Shown piece by piece: positions 9,486-18,886 of a stretch of DNA of 64,000 bases. How positions within the stretch are numbered: position 1 is the stretch's first letter; each line of letters begins with the position of its first letter. A program made the translations under genes and the position numbers. The DNA is from Patescibacteria group bacterium (lineage in GTDB: Bacteria > Patescibacteriota > Microgenomatia > UBA1400 > PJMF01). The notes beneath the pieces were generated by a model. It saw only the letters and a list, made by a program, of their open reading frames with translations. It was not told where the DNA came from and made no database searches. Where the stretch lies: assembly GCA_045541795.1 (NCBI GenBank), contig JAZQJV010000019.1, forward strand, positions 7,270 through 71,269, read 5' to 3'.

Positions 9486-9821
9486 ATGACGAAAATTGTC
9501 TATACTAAGCATGCCGAGCAAAGGATAAGTTTGCGCCGATTAAGCCGGCGTAGTATTGAGGAAACAATTGCCAATCCTGATCGGGTACAGGATGATACCG
9601 ACGGTAAACGCAGATTTATCAAGAGGCAAGGCACGAGGCTGTATCACGTGGTGGCGCGCTATAATCCAGCGCAAAAAGCGTGGGTAGTGATTTCGGTGTG
9701 GGTGCGGGGTGAGGAGGATCCGCAAAATTATCTGTGGCTGGTGATTACCTGGCCGTTTAAGGCCCTGGGCAAGGCTTTGTGGTGGCTTATTCGTTTACTT
9801 TTTAGTTGGTCGCGGCGATGA
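9486..9821 (+). CDS. DUF4258-like (RelE/ParE-fold toxin-like) domain protein with C-terminal hydrophobic helix
   Basis: YTKHAEQRISLRRLS...YHVVARY resembles DUF4258. The C-terminal WLVITWPFKALGKALWWLIRLLF is a TM-like helix. A TGTTATAAT lies 11 nt upstream. Confidence 0.4.
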   Translation: MTKIVYTKHAEQRISLRRLSRRSIEETIANPDRVQDDTDGKRRFIKRQGTRLYHVVARYNPAQKAWVVISVWVRGEEDPQNYLWLVITWPFKALGKALWWLIRLLFSWSRR

Positions 9822-9974
9822 GTTAGTCGCAGAAACTGCGAGAAATATTTAGGCTTATAATGAAAAAAATTATCCAGACAGAAACTAATTATTTATTTAC
9901 AAACCGTATTAAATTAGCTCTTGCAAATTTAGAAAAATGAGGTATCATACATCATGCCCGGTGAGGTAGGGCCA

Positions 9975-10047
9975 CGGCGATTTTCCTGGATAGATCGCAG
10001 ATTATCTAAGGAAGTTGCGGTGGCCATTTTTTTTGACCGGAAAATGT
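9975..10047 (+). terminator. Long imperfect hairpin followed by a T8 run (strong intrinsic terminator or 3' end of a small RNA)
   Basis: GGGCCACGGCG...TTCCTGGATAGAT-loop-ATCTAAGGAAGTTGCGGTGGCC then TTTTTTTT. Only the plus strand has the U-run. Confidence 0.45.
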
Positions 10048-10183
10048 GGACGTGATTGTGTGCGAAATTTCCAAATTTACTGACAAGTACGAGAAAAATA
10101 GGTATTTAGTCCTATAACTATTTTATTATAGGTTTAAATTGTGCACATTTTATCTATATTGATGCACATTTTGGGAATAGCTA

Positions 10184-11470
10184 TCAGTGCTTCAGACGTT
10201 GGTGCATTTCGGCTTTGTAGGCTTGCACACCTGGCTGATCAAATGGATTGACGCCTAGGATGAGGGCAGAAAGCGCGCAGGCAAACTCAAAAAAGTACCA
10301 AGTATAGCCTAAATAAAACTCATCAGTTTGAGGAATGGTGAGACGGATTTGGGGCACGCCTCCCTGAAGATGGGCCTTGTGGGTTGCATCCATGGCGATT
10401 TGCTGGAGGGTGGAGAAACTTTTGCCGGCGACACTGCTGCTTGCAGAGTGCTCGTCATCTTGTAGGATGACTTCGTCATGGGCTGGTTTGGTGGTATGGA
10501 AAACGGTTTCGAAAAGGTTTCTGCTGCCTTCCTGGAGAAATTGACCCAGTGAGTGTAGATCGCGGGTGTACTGGAGAATGGCCGGCAGGATGGCGGTGGA
10601 TGTTTTGCCTTCTGATTCACCAAATAGCTGCTGCCACCATAGACCGAGGCTGGCAAATGCGGGCTCGTACGTGGTAAAAAATTCTACGTTTTTGCCGTTT
10701 TGGCGCAAGATAACACGATTAAAAGCATATTGCCAAGCGGGATTAGTGATGCTGGTGTTGGTGGTGAGATCTTGGCGGGCTTGGGCCGCACCAGCGATTA
10801 TATCAGCGATATTAAGGCTGCCATAGGCGAGCGGGAGTAAGCCCACACTGGTCATCGCCGAGAAACGACCGCCGATATTATCGGGGACGATAAAACTTGT
10901 CCATTGGTTTTGGGCAGCTAAGTCGTGAAGTGTACCGGTATGAGCGTCAGTAGTGGCATAAATATGTTCGTTGACGTGAGGGCCGTATTTTTCTCGGGCT
11001 AACGCCCAAAAGTAGTCAAAAGCGACAGCTGGCTCGAGGGTAGTACCACTTTTGGAGATGACATTAATGCTAAAATCTTGATCAGCGATGATCTGGCGTA
11101 GATCACGCAGGCTGGAAGCGGAAAGATCATGACCGGCAAAATAAATCTGCTGGCTGGGATGGGTGGCATTATAATAGATGCCGTGGACAAATTCTAAGCC
11201 CGCCAAACTGCCCAGATAAGAGCCGCCAGTACCAATGACAAGAAGGATGTTTGAGTGTGCTTTGATCTGCTCTGTGGTCTCCTGGATTTTGGTCAACAGT
11301 GCTTGCATTGTTGGCTGACTGGCGTCTGGCCAGGCTAGCCAACCGAGAAAATCATGGCCAGGACAGCTACCCTCAAGGAGTGATTGGTGGGCGCTCTCCA
11401 AAAGACTCTCGACGTGTGCACGGGTATTGTCACTAATTTCAAAACCTAAATCAGCCTCTAATTGCAACAT
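10184..11470 (-). CDS. pgi: Glucose-6-phosphate isomerase (short bacterial/archaeal type)
   Basis: SIS-domain motifs (VIGTGGSYLGS), PGI-like overall. A terminator hairpin (CCTATAA...TTATAGG) lies downstream. Confidence 0.8.
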   Translation of the reverse strand: MLQLEADLGFEISDNTRAHVESLLESAHQSLLEGSCPGHDFLGWLAWPDASQPTMQALLTKIQETTEQIKAHSNILLVIGTGGSYLGSLAGLEFVHGIYYNATHPSQQIYFAGHDLSASSLRDLRQIIADQDFSINVISKSGTTLEPAVAFDYFWALAREKYGPHVNEHIYATTDAHTGTLHDLAAQNQWTSFIVPDNIGGRFSAMTSVGLLPLAYGSLNIADIIAGAAQARQDLTTNTSITNPAWQYAFNRVILRQNGKNVEFFTTYEPAFASLGLWWQQLFGESEGKTSTAILPAILQYTRDLHSLGQFLQEGSRNLFETVFHTTKPAHDEVILQDDEHSASSSVAGKSFSTLQQIAMDATHKAHLQGGVPQIRLTIPQTDEFYLGYTWYFFEFACALSALILGVNPFDQPGVQAYKAEMHQRLKH

Positions 11471-11504
11471 GACTTTTCTCCAGTACTATTTATTTCTCCT
11501 CCAA

Positions 11505-12248
11505 TTAGTCGTCATAGGGTGCGCCGCCAAAAGCGCAGCAGATGGCGTGGAAACTGGACGCCTTGAGTGATGCCGAGCCCACTAAGAGGCCGTCGCAGAC
11601 ATCCCGATAGCTGCCTGCATTGTCGCTGGTGACGCTGCCGCCATAGATAAATGACCAATTGTCCGTGTGGAAGTGGGCAAAAGCCTTTCTGATGCGATCT
11701 AGCGCCGCTTTGACGCTGACGGGATCAAGATTGCCGGCATTACCGCTGGTGGAGATCGCGCTTACAGGTTCGTAGGCGAGGATGAGGGGAAAAGATTTGT
11801 CTTGAAATGGCTGAAGGCTGGCGACAAGAGCGTCGACTTCTGGCTCGTCAAAACACAAAATTGGGGTAACGTGATACTTTTGTAGCTTGGCAAATTTGGC
11901 AGCAATTAAGCTCGGCGTTTCTCCTTGATCGCGGCGGCGTTCTGAGTGACCGATAATGCAAAAACGTGGTAGGTAGTGGTGAAAGGTTTCTAGGACATTT
12001 TCTCCGGTATGAGCGCCTGGCTCACAGGCACTCACGTCTTGCAAGCCCAGCTGGAAGATGCTTTCATGAGTGTCGGTAATGTTTTCATCATGATATAGTG
12101 AGAAATAAAGTGCGGTGGGCGGGCAAATGACCGCTTGGACGGACGTAGGCTTAAGGTGAAGGTTACTAGCGGCGCGCAGCTCGTCCAAAAATGTGAGCGC
12201 ACTGTGTAAGTGATGATTGGCTTTCCAGTTAGCGATAACGTATGACAT
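11505..12248 (-). CDS. tpiA: Triosephosphate isomerase
   Basis: IANWKAN, IIGHSERR, AYEPVSAI..G, IYGGSV motifs. Confidence 0.85.
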   Translation of the reverse strand: MSYVIANWKANHHLHSALTFLDELRAASNLHLKPTSVQAVICPPTALYFSLYHDENITDTHESIFQLGLQDVSACEPGAHTGENVLETFHHYLPRFCIIGHSERRRDQGETPSLIAAKFAKLQKYHVTPILCFDEPEVDALVASLQPFQDKSFPLILAYEPVSAISTSGNAGNLDPVSVKAALDRIRKAFAHFHTDNWSFIYGGSVTSDNAGSYRDVCDGLLVGSASLKASSFHAICCAFGGAPYDD

Positions 12249-12278
12249 AATTACTCCTGATTTTGCGTTTTTTCTACT

Positions 12279-12929
12279 TTATTCTTCCTCATCCAAGACC
12301 GCTAAGACTTTTTCTAAGGTTTGCTCGGCAGTGAGGCTGTACGTATCGAGGACGAGATCGTAAAGATCTGGCCGCCAAAAATCAATGGGGGCATTGGCAC
12401 TGACGGTTCCTGGCTTGACCACCCACTCTTGCCATTGTCGCGAGTACATCGAAGTCCATTTTTGGAGATTGCTTTCGTAACGCTCGATGGTGTTGGTTTT
12501 GGCCTCGTCGATGGTGATGCCGTCTCGATTGACGACCCGATCAATGCGCACGTCATCACTACTGCAGGTCATCAGGATTTTGAGAGTGTGCGGTACGCCT
12601 TGAGCGAGGAAGCCTGAAAGCCAAGACTCGATGATCCACTGTGATTCTTGTGCAAGTTTTTGGCGCATCCCAAAATCGACTTCGTTTTCAAATTCTACCG
12701 AGTAAATGCTGGCATTGTGATGAGCCGTGTTATTTTTGTCCCACAAACCCTTTTCGGTAGCGTAGTGACGCATGAATTCACCACCAGAAAAGCCGCGCCA
12801 GCCGTCTATTTTGAGCGCTTCGCGAAGGCCATTGAGCATGGTAGTAGAACCGCAACCCGGCAAACCAGAAATCGTCACATTACGATACTTTTTGGTGCTG
12901 ACATTGGTTGGTAGAGTACATGTAGACAT
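12279..12929 (-). CDS. P-loop nucleotide kinase family protein (cytidylate-kinase-like / AAA_18-like)
   Basis: Walker A ISGLPGCGSTT near the N-terminus. First gene of an apparent kinase-tpiA-pgi operon. Confidence 0.45.
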   Translation of the reverse strand: MSTCTLPTNVSTKKYRNVTISGLPGCGSTTMLNGLREALKIDGWRGFSGGEFMRHYATEKGLWDKNNTAHHNASIYSVEFENEVDFGMRQKLAQESQWIIESWLSGFLAQGVPHTLKILMTCSSDDVRIDRVVNRDGITIDEAKTNTIERYESNLQKWTSMYSRQWQEWVVKPGTVSANAPIDFWRPDLYDLVLDTYSLTAEQTLEKVLAVLDEEE

Positions 12930-13010
12930 TATCCCTTTCTATCCAAGATGACATATGATAACATGAAATTGCTGATTTTTAAAGGGCAATTTGTGGTATA
13001 ATAAACTCAT

Positions 13011-13223
13011 ATGAAAAAAATCATTCAAGATCAATCTAAATGTTTGGGCTGTATGGCTTGCGTGGGGCTAAATCCGGAACTTTTTTCCATGGACGAAAAT
13101 GGCTTGGCAAAATTGCAGGAGGCGACGGCACAAGGCAGCGTTTTTAGCCGGCAGGTAGATGACAGCGTGGACACTGATACCTTGGTGAGCGCTTGCTGCG
13201 GTGGGGCAATTTCGCAGGAATAA
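13011..13223 (+). CDS. Small single-cluster ferredoxin (Fer4_13-like)
   Basis: CLGCMAC...ACCGGAI cysteine pattern, 70 aa. A TGGTATAAT lies 8 nt upstream. Confidence 0.6.
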   Translation: MKKIIQDQSKCLGCMACVGLNPELFSMDENGLAKLQEATAQGSVFSRQVDDSVDTDTLVSACCGGAISQE

Positions 13224-13364
13224 TTTTTTATCACATATTCGGTAAGGAATTATTTGTTTATTAGCAGTCTAAGTGTTTGACTGCTAACGTTTTTAACGTA
13301 TATAAAAAATACCGGTGTATAGGTAAAAATTCATTTATTGTACACAATAAATACTCAAAAAAAA
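13224..13364. repeat. Paralogous ~140-bp 3'-flanking element, copy B (hairpin + 28-bp motif), reverse orientation
   Basis: Shares with 19871-20015: TTTTTATCAC.TATTCGGTA.GG, hairpin TTAGCAGTC-N9-GACTGCTAA, and the motif TTGAGTATTTATTGTGTACAATAAAT (as reverse complement at 13331-13358). Confidence 0.7.
13261..13295 (+). terminator. Intrinsic terminator of the ferredoxin gene (within repeat element B)
   Basis: TTAGCAGTC-TAAGTGTTT-GACTGCTAA followed by CGTTTTTAACG. Confidence 0.55.
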
Positions 13365-14042
13365 TTATTGATGATTGAGAATTTGCCGGTGAAGTTTATA
13401 ATTACCATCATACTTGGCTACCAGGGCCCAAAATTTGGCCGAGTGATCCATGTGGATTTGGTGAGCAAGCTCGTGAATGAGGACATAGTCAATCACTGCG
13501 GGGGCATATCTGACCAAACGCCAAGAAAAGTTGAGACCGCCCAAAGTAGAAGAGCTGCCCCAAATGGTACCTTGATCTTTGATGTGGATGTGACTGATGG
13601 CGGTGGGGATATGCATGAGAGCGTGGAGCTGCGGGATCCGGCTGGTAATGTATTTTCGAAGAGAATTGGTACCAAATTTTTGCAGGAGCGAGAGTTCTTT
13701 GGGCGTGAGGGCCGGCGAGGTTTTGGGCTGGAGTAAATAGTGAGAATTATTGTAAAGGAGGGCGTCACCTTTTACTTGCCAGCCGCTGGGCAGGTCTGGA
13801 TTATAGAGGAATTGAAGGGTATAATCGCGGCCGTACAGCGGGAAAATACCGCCGTTTGTGGGTATTAATTGTTCTCTTTTTTTGATCTGAGACTCGATCC
13901 AGTGTGCGTTTTGCGTGAGGAAACGTTCGATAGTTTTTTTGGTAATGTATGGCGGAGCAGTGACGCGTACTACGCCATCGCGGTCAACGCTGACTTTGAG
14001 CCTATGGGATTGGCGACTGGTTTTGAGCTGATAGCTGATCAT
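13365..14042 (-). CDS. YgjP-like (DUF45) metal-dependent hydrolase
   Basis: HELAHQIHMDHSAKFWALV matches the DUF45/YgjP zinc-hydrolase signature. Confidence 0.7.
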   Translation of the reverse strand: MISYQLKTSRQSHRLKVSVDRDGVVRVTAPPYITKKTIERFLTQNAHWIESQIKKREQLIPTNGGIFPLYGRDYTLQFLYNPDLPSGWQVKGDALLYNNSHYLLQPKTSPALTPKELSLLQKFGTNSLRKYITSRIPQLHALMHIPTAISHIHIKDQGTIWGSSSTLGGLNFSWRLVRYAPAVIDYVLIHELAHQIHMDHSAKFWALVAKYDGNYKLHRQILNHQ

Positions 14043-14105
14043 GAGCTTGATTATATCACAGTTTTTGATATAATACGGATTATGCTCAAAAAAGGTATCA
14101 ACTCG

Positions 14106-15617
14106 ATGTTAGTTTTAGGGGTGATTTTGCTGGTGGCGGCATTTTTGCGCTGGGAGAGTTTGTCGCTTTCGTTTTCTTGGGGTGAGGCAGAATTACTGCT
14201 GGGGGAAAATCTTCTCCAGCCACCTTTTTTGGGGTTGGTGGTAAAGAGTGCGCTTTTGGTGGATGCTGGTGAGATGTGGTTGCGCTGGTGGGGCAGTTTC
14301 CTGCCGGGACTTTTGGCGGTAGCCGGCGTGTATGCTCTCGGCAGTAAGCTGGTGGATAAAAAAACCGGTTTGATGGCGGCTTTACTTTTGGCGACGAGTT
14401 CGTTTCATATTTATTATAGTACCAAGCTGCTCCCCTACTCGCTGGCGGCAGCGGCGGCATGTTGGTCGTGGTTTTTTTTGCTGGAAAGTGTGCGCGTAGG
14501 CAGGGATAGTTATAGCTTGGCGCGTTCGCATTGGTTAAGTAGATTGTGCAGTTTTTTTCCTCTTTCGAAGGACTTTATTTTCTTTTTGGCAGTGAGTATT
14601 TTGGGGCTTTATACTTCTTACTTTTATGGTTTTGTCTTGGTGAGTCAATTGGTTTTTTTGTGCTGGCAGCGCCGATACCGGGAGGCAGGCTGGCTGGGTT
14701 TGGTGGGAGGCGTGGTATGCGTGCCGCTTTTGCCGGTGGCTGCCGGGCAGTATGCGGCGGTAGCGCAGATCAATGAAACTTTGCCGGTGTGGCGCCAGGT
14801 TGTGAATATTTCGCTGTGGCAGGCACCAGTGTTGACGCTGGGGAAGTTTATTTTTGGCGTGGTGGATTTGGAGGTGAATGCTTTTTATACGCTCGTCACG
14901 ATGGTTTTTGTGGGGCTTTTGGGGGCTTGTGTCATTGCGGCTTTAAAAGGTTTTGCGCACAAAAAAAACCGCAAAAATATTTCCCGGCTCCAGGCAATCG
15001 TGGTGATGTTGGTGTTACCGGCTTTTTTGGCACTGGCGATACACGGGCTGTGGCCGATCGTGACGCCGGGGCGTTTGCTTTTGATTTTGCCGCTTTATTA
15101 TTTATGTTTGAGTTTTTTTATTACTCATGCGCGCCAGACGAATCCAATGCTGGCACGTGGGCTTTTAATTTTGGTGTGGCTGGCAAATATGTGGGGAATA
15201 GTGCAGTATTATAATGCTGGTATGGACGGCGAAAAATGGCGCGAATTGAACACATTGTTACATCAGGAATATGTCCCGGAGTCTACAGTGTTACTTTTTG
15301 CTTATCCGAGCGTGTATGCGCCGTGGCGTTGGTATGAGCAGGCCAACCGTACGCCTTTCCCGACTCTGTATACAGGTACGTGGAACTCCGCCGATGTGCG
15401 CGATTGGGATGGGCTTTTAGCACCGCTTTTGAGTAATAATTATACTCAGGTGGTGGTGATGGACTATTTACGCAGTTTATCTGATGAGCATAATTTAGTT
15501 GGCGCGAATTTGACGAAGCGCGGCTGGCAGGTGGCCAAGACGATTGATTTGCCGGGGTTTAGTCACGTCAAAATTTACCAGCGACCTGAATCTATTTCTG
15601 GAGAATTAGAACAATGA
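14106..15617 (+). CDS. GT-C fold polytopic glycosyltransferase (PMT_2 / ArnT / GT39-GT83-like)
   Basis: About 12 TM helices. N-terminal region (LRWESL..., YALG..L.DKKTGLMAALLLATSSFHIYYS) resembles dolichyl/undecaprenyl-phosphate-sugar dependent transferases. Start taken at MLVLGV..., which follows GATATAAT. Confidence 0.55.
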   Translation: MLVLGVILLVAAFLRWESLSLSFSWGEAELLLGENLLQPPFLGLVVKSALLVDAGEMWLRWWGSFLPGLLAVAGVYALGSKLVDKKTGLMAALLLATSSFHIYYSTKLLPYSLAAAAACWSWFFLLESVRVGRDSYSLARSHWLSRLCSFFPLSKDFIFFLAVSILGLYTSYFYGFVLVSQLVFLCWQRRYREAGWLGLVGGVVCVPLLPVAAGQYAAVAQINETLPVWRQVVNISLWQAPVLTLGKFIFGVVDLEVNAFYTLVTMVFVGLLGACVIAALKGFAHKKNRKNISRLQAIVVMLVLPAFLALAIHGLWPIVTPGRLLLILPLYYLCLSFFITHARQTNPMLARGLLILVWLANMWGIVQYYNAGMDGEKWRELNTLLHQEYVPESTVLLFAYPSVYAPWRWYEQANRTPFPTLYTGTWNSADVRDWDGLLAPLLSNNYTQVVVMDYLRSLSDEHNLVGANLTKRGWQVAKTIDLPGFSHVKIYQRPESISGELEQ

Positions 15618-16774
15618 AAGTGGGCATTGATTTGACGAGTTTACTTTATCACCGTGGTGTGTCGCGTTATACGGGTGATCTTTTCCGCGCTTTGTGCGAT
15701 TTTCCGACGTTGCGTCTGTATGGCTATGCGAGCGTGTCGCGTCGGGCTCAAAAAAAGTTAATCGGCGAGCTTGAGGCAGTGCGCGCTTCTCTTGATGAAA
15801 GCTCCCAGGAAAATTTTTGGGCGCAGATTAAGCTGCAAAAAAACTCCCCGACTCTTAATCATTTGTACTGGCACTACTTGGGACTAAATCCGGTGAAAAA
15901 AGTTTTGCCGGAAATAGAGGTGTTTCATTCGTGGGATTTTTTGCAGCCACCAGATAAAGATTTGGCTTTGGTGTCTACAATCCATGATCTGGCGATGCTT
16001 AAATATCCGCGGATTGCGGTGGGGAAAGTGTGGCGGTATCATCATGAATCGTGGCGGATTTTACGGCAGAGACGTGCTCATTTGATCGCGGTGTCTGAAA
16101 GCACTCGTCAGGATGTGATCACTTATTTGGATTGGCCGGCTGAGCGAGTGCATTTGGTGTATGAAGCTTTGCCGAGTGCGAGTATGATCCCACCCGAACA
16201 TTTAACGGAACAAGGTTGGCAGATGGTGGCAAGCGCATATCGGCTTTCGCGGCCGTATATACTTTTTGTGGGTACGCGCGAGCCGCGCAAAAATTTGCCG
16301 CATCTTTTGCAAGCCTGGGAAGCGCTGGCTGGTGAGGTGGACCTGGTGATGGTGGGTGCGGCTGGTAATGAGAAATTGGAGACGAGTGCGAGTGCTCATT
16401 TGCATTTGCTGGAGCACGTGACGGATGAGGAACTGGCGTATCTTTACTCACATGCCGTAGCTTTGGCTTATCCTTCTTTGGATGAAGGGTTTGGGCTGCC
16501 GATTTTGGAAGGATTTTATTACGGTACACCAGTGGTAACTAGTAATTGCGGCGCGATGGCTGAAGTGGGCGGTAAAGCTGCGATCTTGGTGGAGCCGCTG
16601 GAAACAGGGAGCATCCGTGAGGGATTGGAGCGGGTGTTGGCTCAAAGTAAACAAGAAGCTAAAAAGCGGCGCGATCTGGCACGAGTACAGCTCGGGCAGT
16701 TTAGCTGGGAACGGACGGCTCGTGAGACATTAGCTGTGTATCAAAAGGCGATTGAGGATTTTTATGACAGGTGA
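15614..16774 (+). CDS. Glycosyltransferase family 4 (GT-B, group 1)
   Basis: C-terminal LAYPSLDEGFGLPILEGFYYGTPVVTS motif (E-x7-E region). Confidence 0.8.
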   Translation: MKVGIDLTSLLYHRGVSRYTGDLFRALCDFPTLRLYGYASVSRRAQKKLIGELEAVRASLDESSQENFWAQIKLQKNSPTLNHLYWHYLGLNPVKKVLPEIEVFHSWDFLQPPDKDLALVSTIHDLAMLKYPRIAVGKVWRYHHESWRILRQRRAHLIAVSESTRQDVITYLDWPAERVHLVYEALPSASMIPPEHLTEQGWQMVASAYRLSRPYILFVGTREPRKNLPHLLQAWEALAGEVDLVMVGAAGNEKLETSASAHLHLLEHVTDEELAYLYSHAVALAYPSLDEGFGLPILEGFYYGTPVVTSNCGAMAEVGGKAAILVEPLETGSIREGLERVLAQSKQEAKKRRDLARVQLGQFSWERTARETLAVYQKAIEDFYDR

Positions 16775-17921
16775 GAAGCTGGTGCGCATTTGTGTGGATG
16801 GAAATGAAGCGAATGTGGAAGCGCGAGTGGGCAGTAATGCTTATGCTTATGGACTGTTGACAGCTTTGGAAAAAATCACCCGGGCCAAAAAAGACGAAAT
16901 TGCTATTTGTGTGGTACTCGCGCAGGCGCCGGTGGCGGATATGCCTGGAGAGCGTCCTGGCTGGCGCTATCAAGTGGTAGGGCCGAAAGCAGCCTGGACG
17001 CAGTTGGGTTTGCCGATTTTTTTATTTTTGCATCAGACTGATTTTGACGTTTTCTTTACGCCTGGTCATTATGCGCCGCGCTGGTGCAGTATTCCTTATA
17101 TAAGTAGTGTGATGGATTTGGCATTTTTGCGTTATCCGGCAGTTTTCCGCCGGCGAGATCTTTATAAGCTGGAAAACTGGACTCGTTACTCAGTAAAACA
17201 AGCGGCAAAAATCGTGACGATTAGCGAATTTAGTGCCCGTGAGATCCAGAAGTTTTATGACCGTGCGCAAACGGAAATTGTGGTGGCTTACCCAGCACTG
17301 ACCGGGTCAGTGCAGACACTGACGCCGGGAATGCAACGACATATCCTCAAAAAACTGCATATCAGCAATAATTACTTTTTGTATTTGGGGACATTGCAGC
17401 CGCGCAAAAATATCATCCGGATGATTGAGGCTTTTGAGCAGTTGCGTCTCCAGCCCAGATTTAAAAATTATCAGTTGGTACTGGCTGGCAAAAACGGTTG
17501 GCTGACTGGGGAAATTGCGGAGAGAATTTCGAGTTCTACGGCGAGTAATCAAATCATCCAGACAGGATTTGTAAGCGAACGGCAAAAAGCAGCTTTGATT
17601 TTAAACGCCACGGCGACGCTAAACCTTGGCATTTACGAGGGTTTTGGGATCCCGCCTTTGGAGTCGCTGGCTTACGGGACGATCCCAATTGTGGCCAATA
17701 ATACTTCGATGCCGGAGGCTGTGGGGACGGCGGGGCTGTGTGTGGATCCTTTTTCGAGTGTGAGTATCGCGAAAGCGATGAGTACGGCGGCGCAGATGGA
17801 CAGCGATGAACGGGCTCAGTTTTACCGTCTGGCGGCCAAGCAAGTGAAAAAATTTAGCTACGAAAAATCAGCGACGCGAGTGCTGGTAGCACTTTTAGCG
17901 GTAGCTACAGGACAGGAGTGA
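16764..17921 (+). CDS. Glycosyltransferase family 4 (GT-B, group 1)
   Basis: LNLGIYEGFGIPPLESLAYGTIPIV motif. The ATG overlaps the upstream stop codon. Confidence 0.8.
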   Translation: MTGEKLVRICVDGNEANVEARVGSNAYAYGLLTALEKITRAKKDEIAICVVLAQAPVADMPGERPGWRYQVVGPKAAWTQLGLPIFLFLHQTDFDVFFTPGHYAPRWCSIPYISSVMDLAFLRYPAVFRRRDLYKLENWTRYSVKQAAKIVTISEFSAREIQKFYDRAQTEIVVAYPALTGSVQTLTPGMQRHILKKLHISNNYFLYLGTLQPRKNIIRMIEAFEQLRLQPRFKNYQLVLAGKNGWLTGEIAERISSSTASNQIIQTGFVSERQKAALILNATATLNLGIYEGFGIPPLESLAYGTIPIVANNTSMPEAVGTAGLCVDPFSSVSIAKAMSTAAQMDSDERAQFYRLAAKQVKKFSYEKSATRVLVALLAVATGQE

Positions 17922-18886
17922 TGAAATTATCAGTAATTATTGTTTCTTATAATACGTGTCCGCTCACCCTACAGACGGTGCGCTCGATCATGAAAGCAGT
18001 AGGCAAAAAATCACCGCTTCATGGGGATTTTGAAATCATTGTCGTGGATAATGATAGTCAGGATAAGACGGTGGAAAAGCTGGAAAAGTTGCACTTGAGT
18101 CATCTCAAAATTATCAACGCGCATGAAAATTTGGGTTTTGGCCGGGCCAATAATTTGGGTTTTAAGTACGCCACTGGGCAGGTGATTTTATTTCTTAATT
18201 CTGACACCATTGTGCCGGCTGGTTCACTGGAGCAAGTGACACAGTTTTGTCTGGACCGTTTCCACGCTGAGCGCTGGCACAAAAAGCGATTGGGTTTGGT
18301 GGCGATGAATTTGTGCAATGCGAACGGCAGCGTCCAGCCGCAGGGTGGCGATTTGCCGAACTTATGGACGGTGGCAGCGGCAATGTTTTTTTTGGATGAT
18401 TTACCGGTGTTGCGGCGATTTATTCCCAGTGTCCAGCATACTGGGCGTCGATTTAATCCCCAGACGCTCGAAGATCGCGAGTTTGTGCGCAAAGGCTGGG
18501 TGGGCGGCACAGCGGTGGCGGTACACCGGGATATTTGGACGGACTGCGGCGGTTGGGATCCACAAATTTTTATGTATGGTGAAGATCAGGAACTTTGTTA
18601 TCGGATGCATCAGGAAAAATTTTATCATGGGATTTTAACTGGGGCTCACGTGACACATTTGGGTGCGGCCAGCTCGAGTTCGGCATTTGCCATTCATGGT
18701 GAGTTGAAAGGCTATTTGTATTTTTGGCGTAAATATAAGAACCGGCAGCAGTGGGACGGGATGAAGTTGATTTTGTGGCTGGCTTGTTGGCTGAGAGTGG
18801 TAATTTATGCGCTCAAAAAAGATCAAAAACGCGTGGATATTTATGTCCAAGGTATCAATCTAGTGGAAGCGGCGGTGTATGACTAA
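17918..18886 (+). CDS. Glycosyltransferase family 2 (polyprenyl-phosphate sugar synthase, Dpm1/GtrB-like)
   Basis: LSVIIVSYNT...IIVVDNDSQD...FLNSDT, a GT2 DxD-type fold. No C-terminal TM bundle. Confidence 0.7.
   Translation: MMKLSVIIVSYNTCPLTLQTVRSIMKAVGKKSPLHGDFEIIVVDNDSQDKTVEKLEKLHLSHLKIINAHENLGFGRANNLGFKYATGQVILFLNSDTIVPAGSLEQVTQFCLDRFHAERWHKKRLGLVAMNLCNANGSVQPQGGDLPNLWTVAAAMFFLDDLPVLRRFIPSVQHTGRRFNPQTLEDREFVRKGWVGGTAVAVHRDIWTDCGGWDPQIFMYGEDQELCYRMHQEKFYHGILTGAHVTHLGAASSSSAFAIHGELKGYLYFWRKYKNRQQWDGMKLILWLACWLRVVIYALKKDQKRVDIYVQGINLVEAAVYD

Noticed and set aside
9861-10047. Calling the long hairpin region an SRP RNA (ffs) because it lies near the dnaX/ybaB neighbourhood and contains AAGGAAG
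   Set aside because: The apical loop is not a GNRA tetraloop. A 36-nt insertion separates the GGUGAGGUAGGG-like and AAGGAAG elements. I cannot compute a covariance-model score. It stays an unassigned hairpin.
12279-12929. Annotating the P-loop protein as a second cytidylate kinase
   Set aside because: A canonical Cmk is present at 58042-58755. This protein shares only the P-loop and general kinase size, so the family stays generic.
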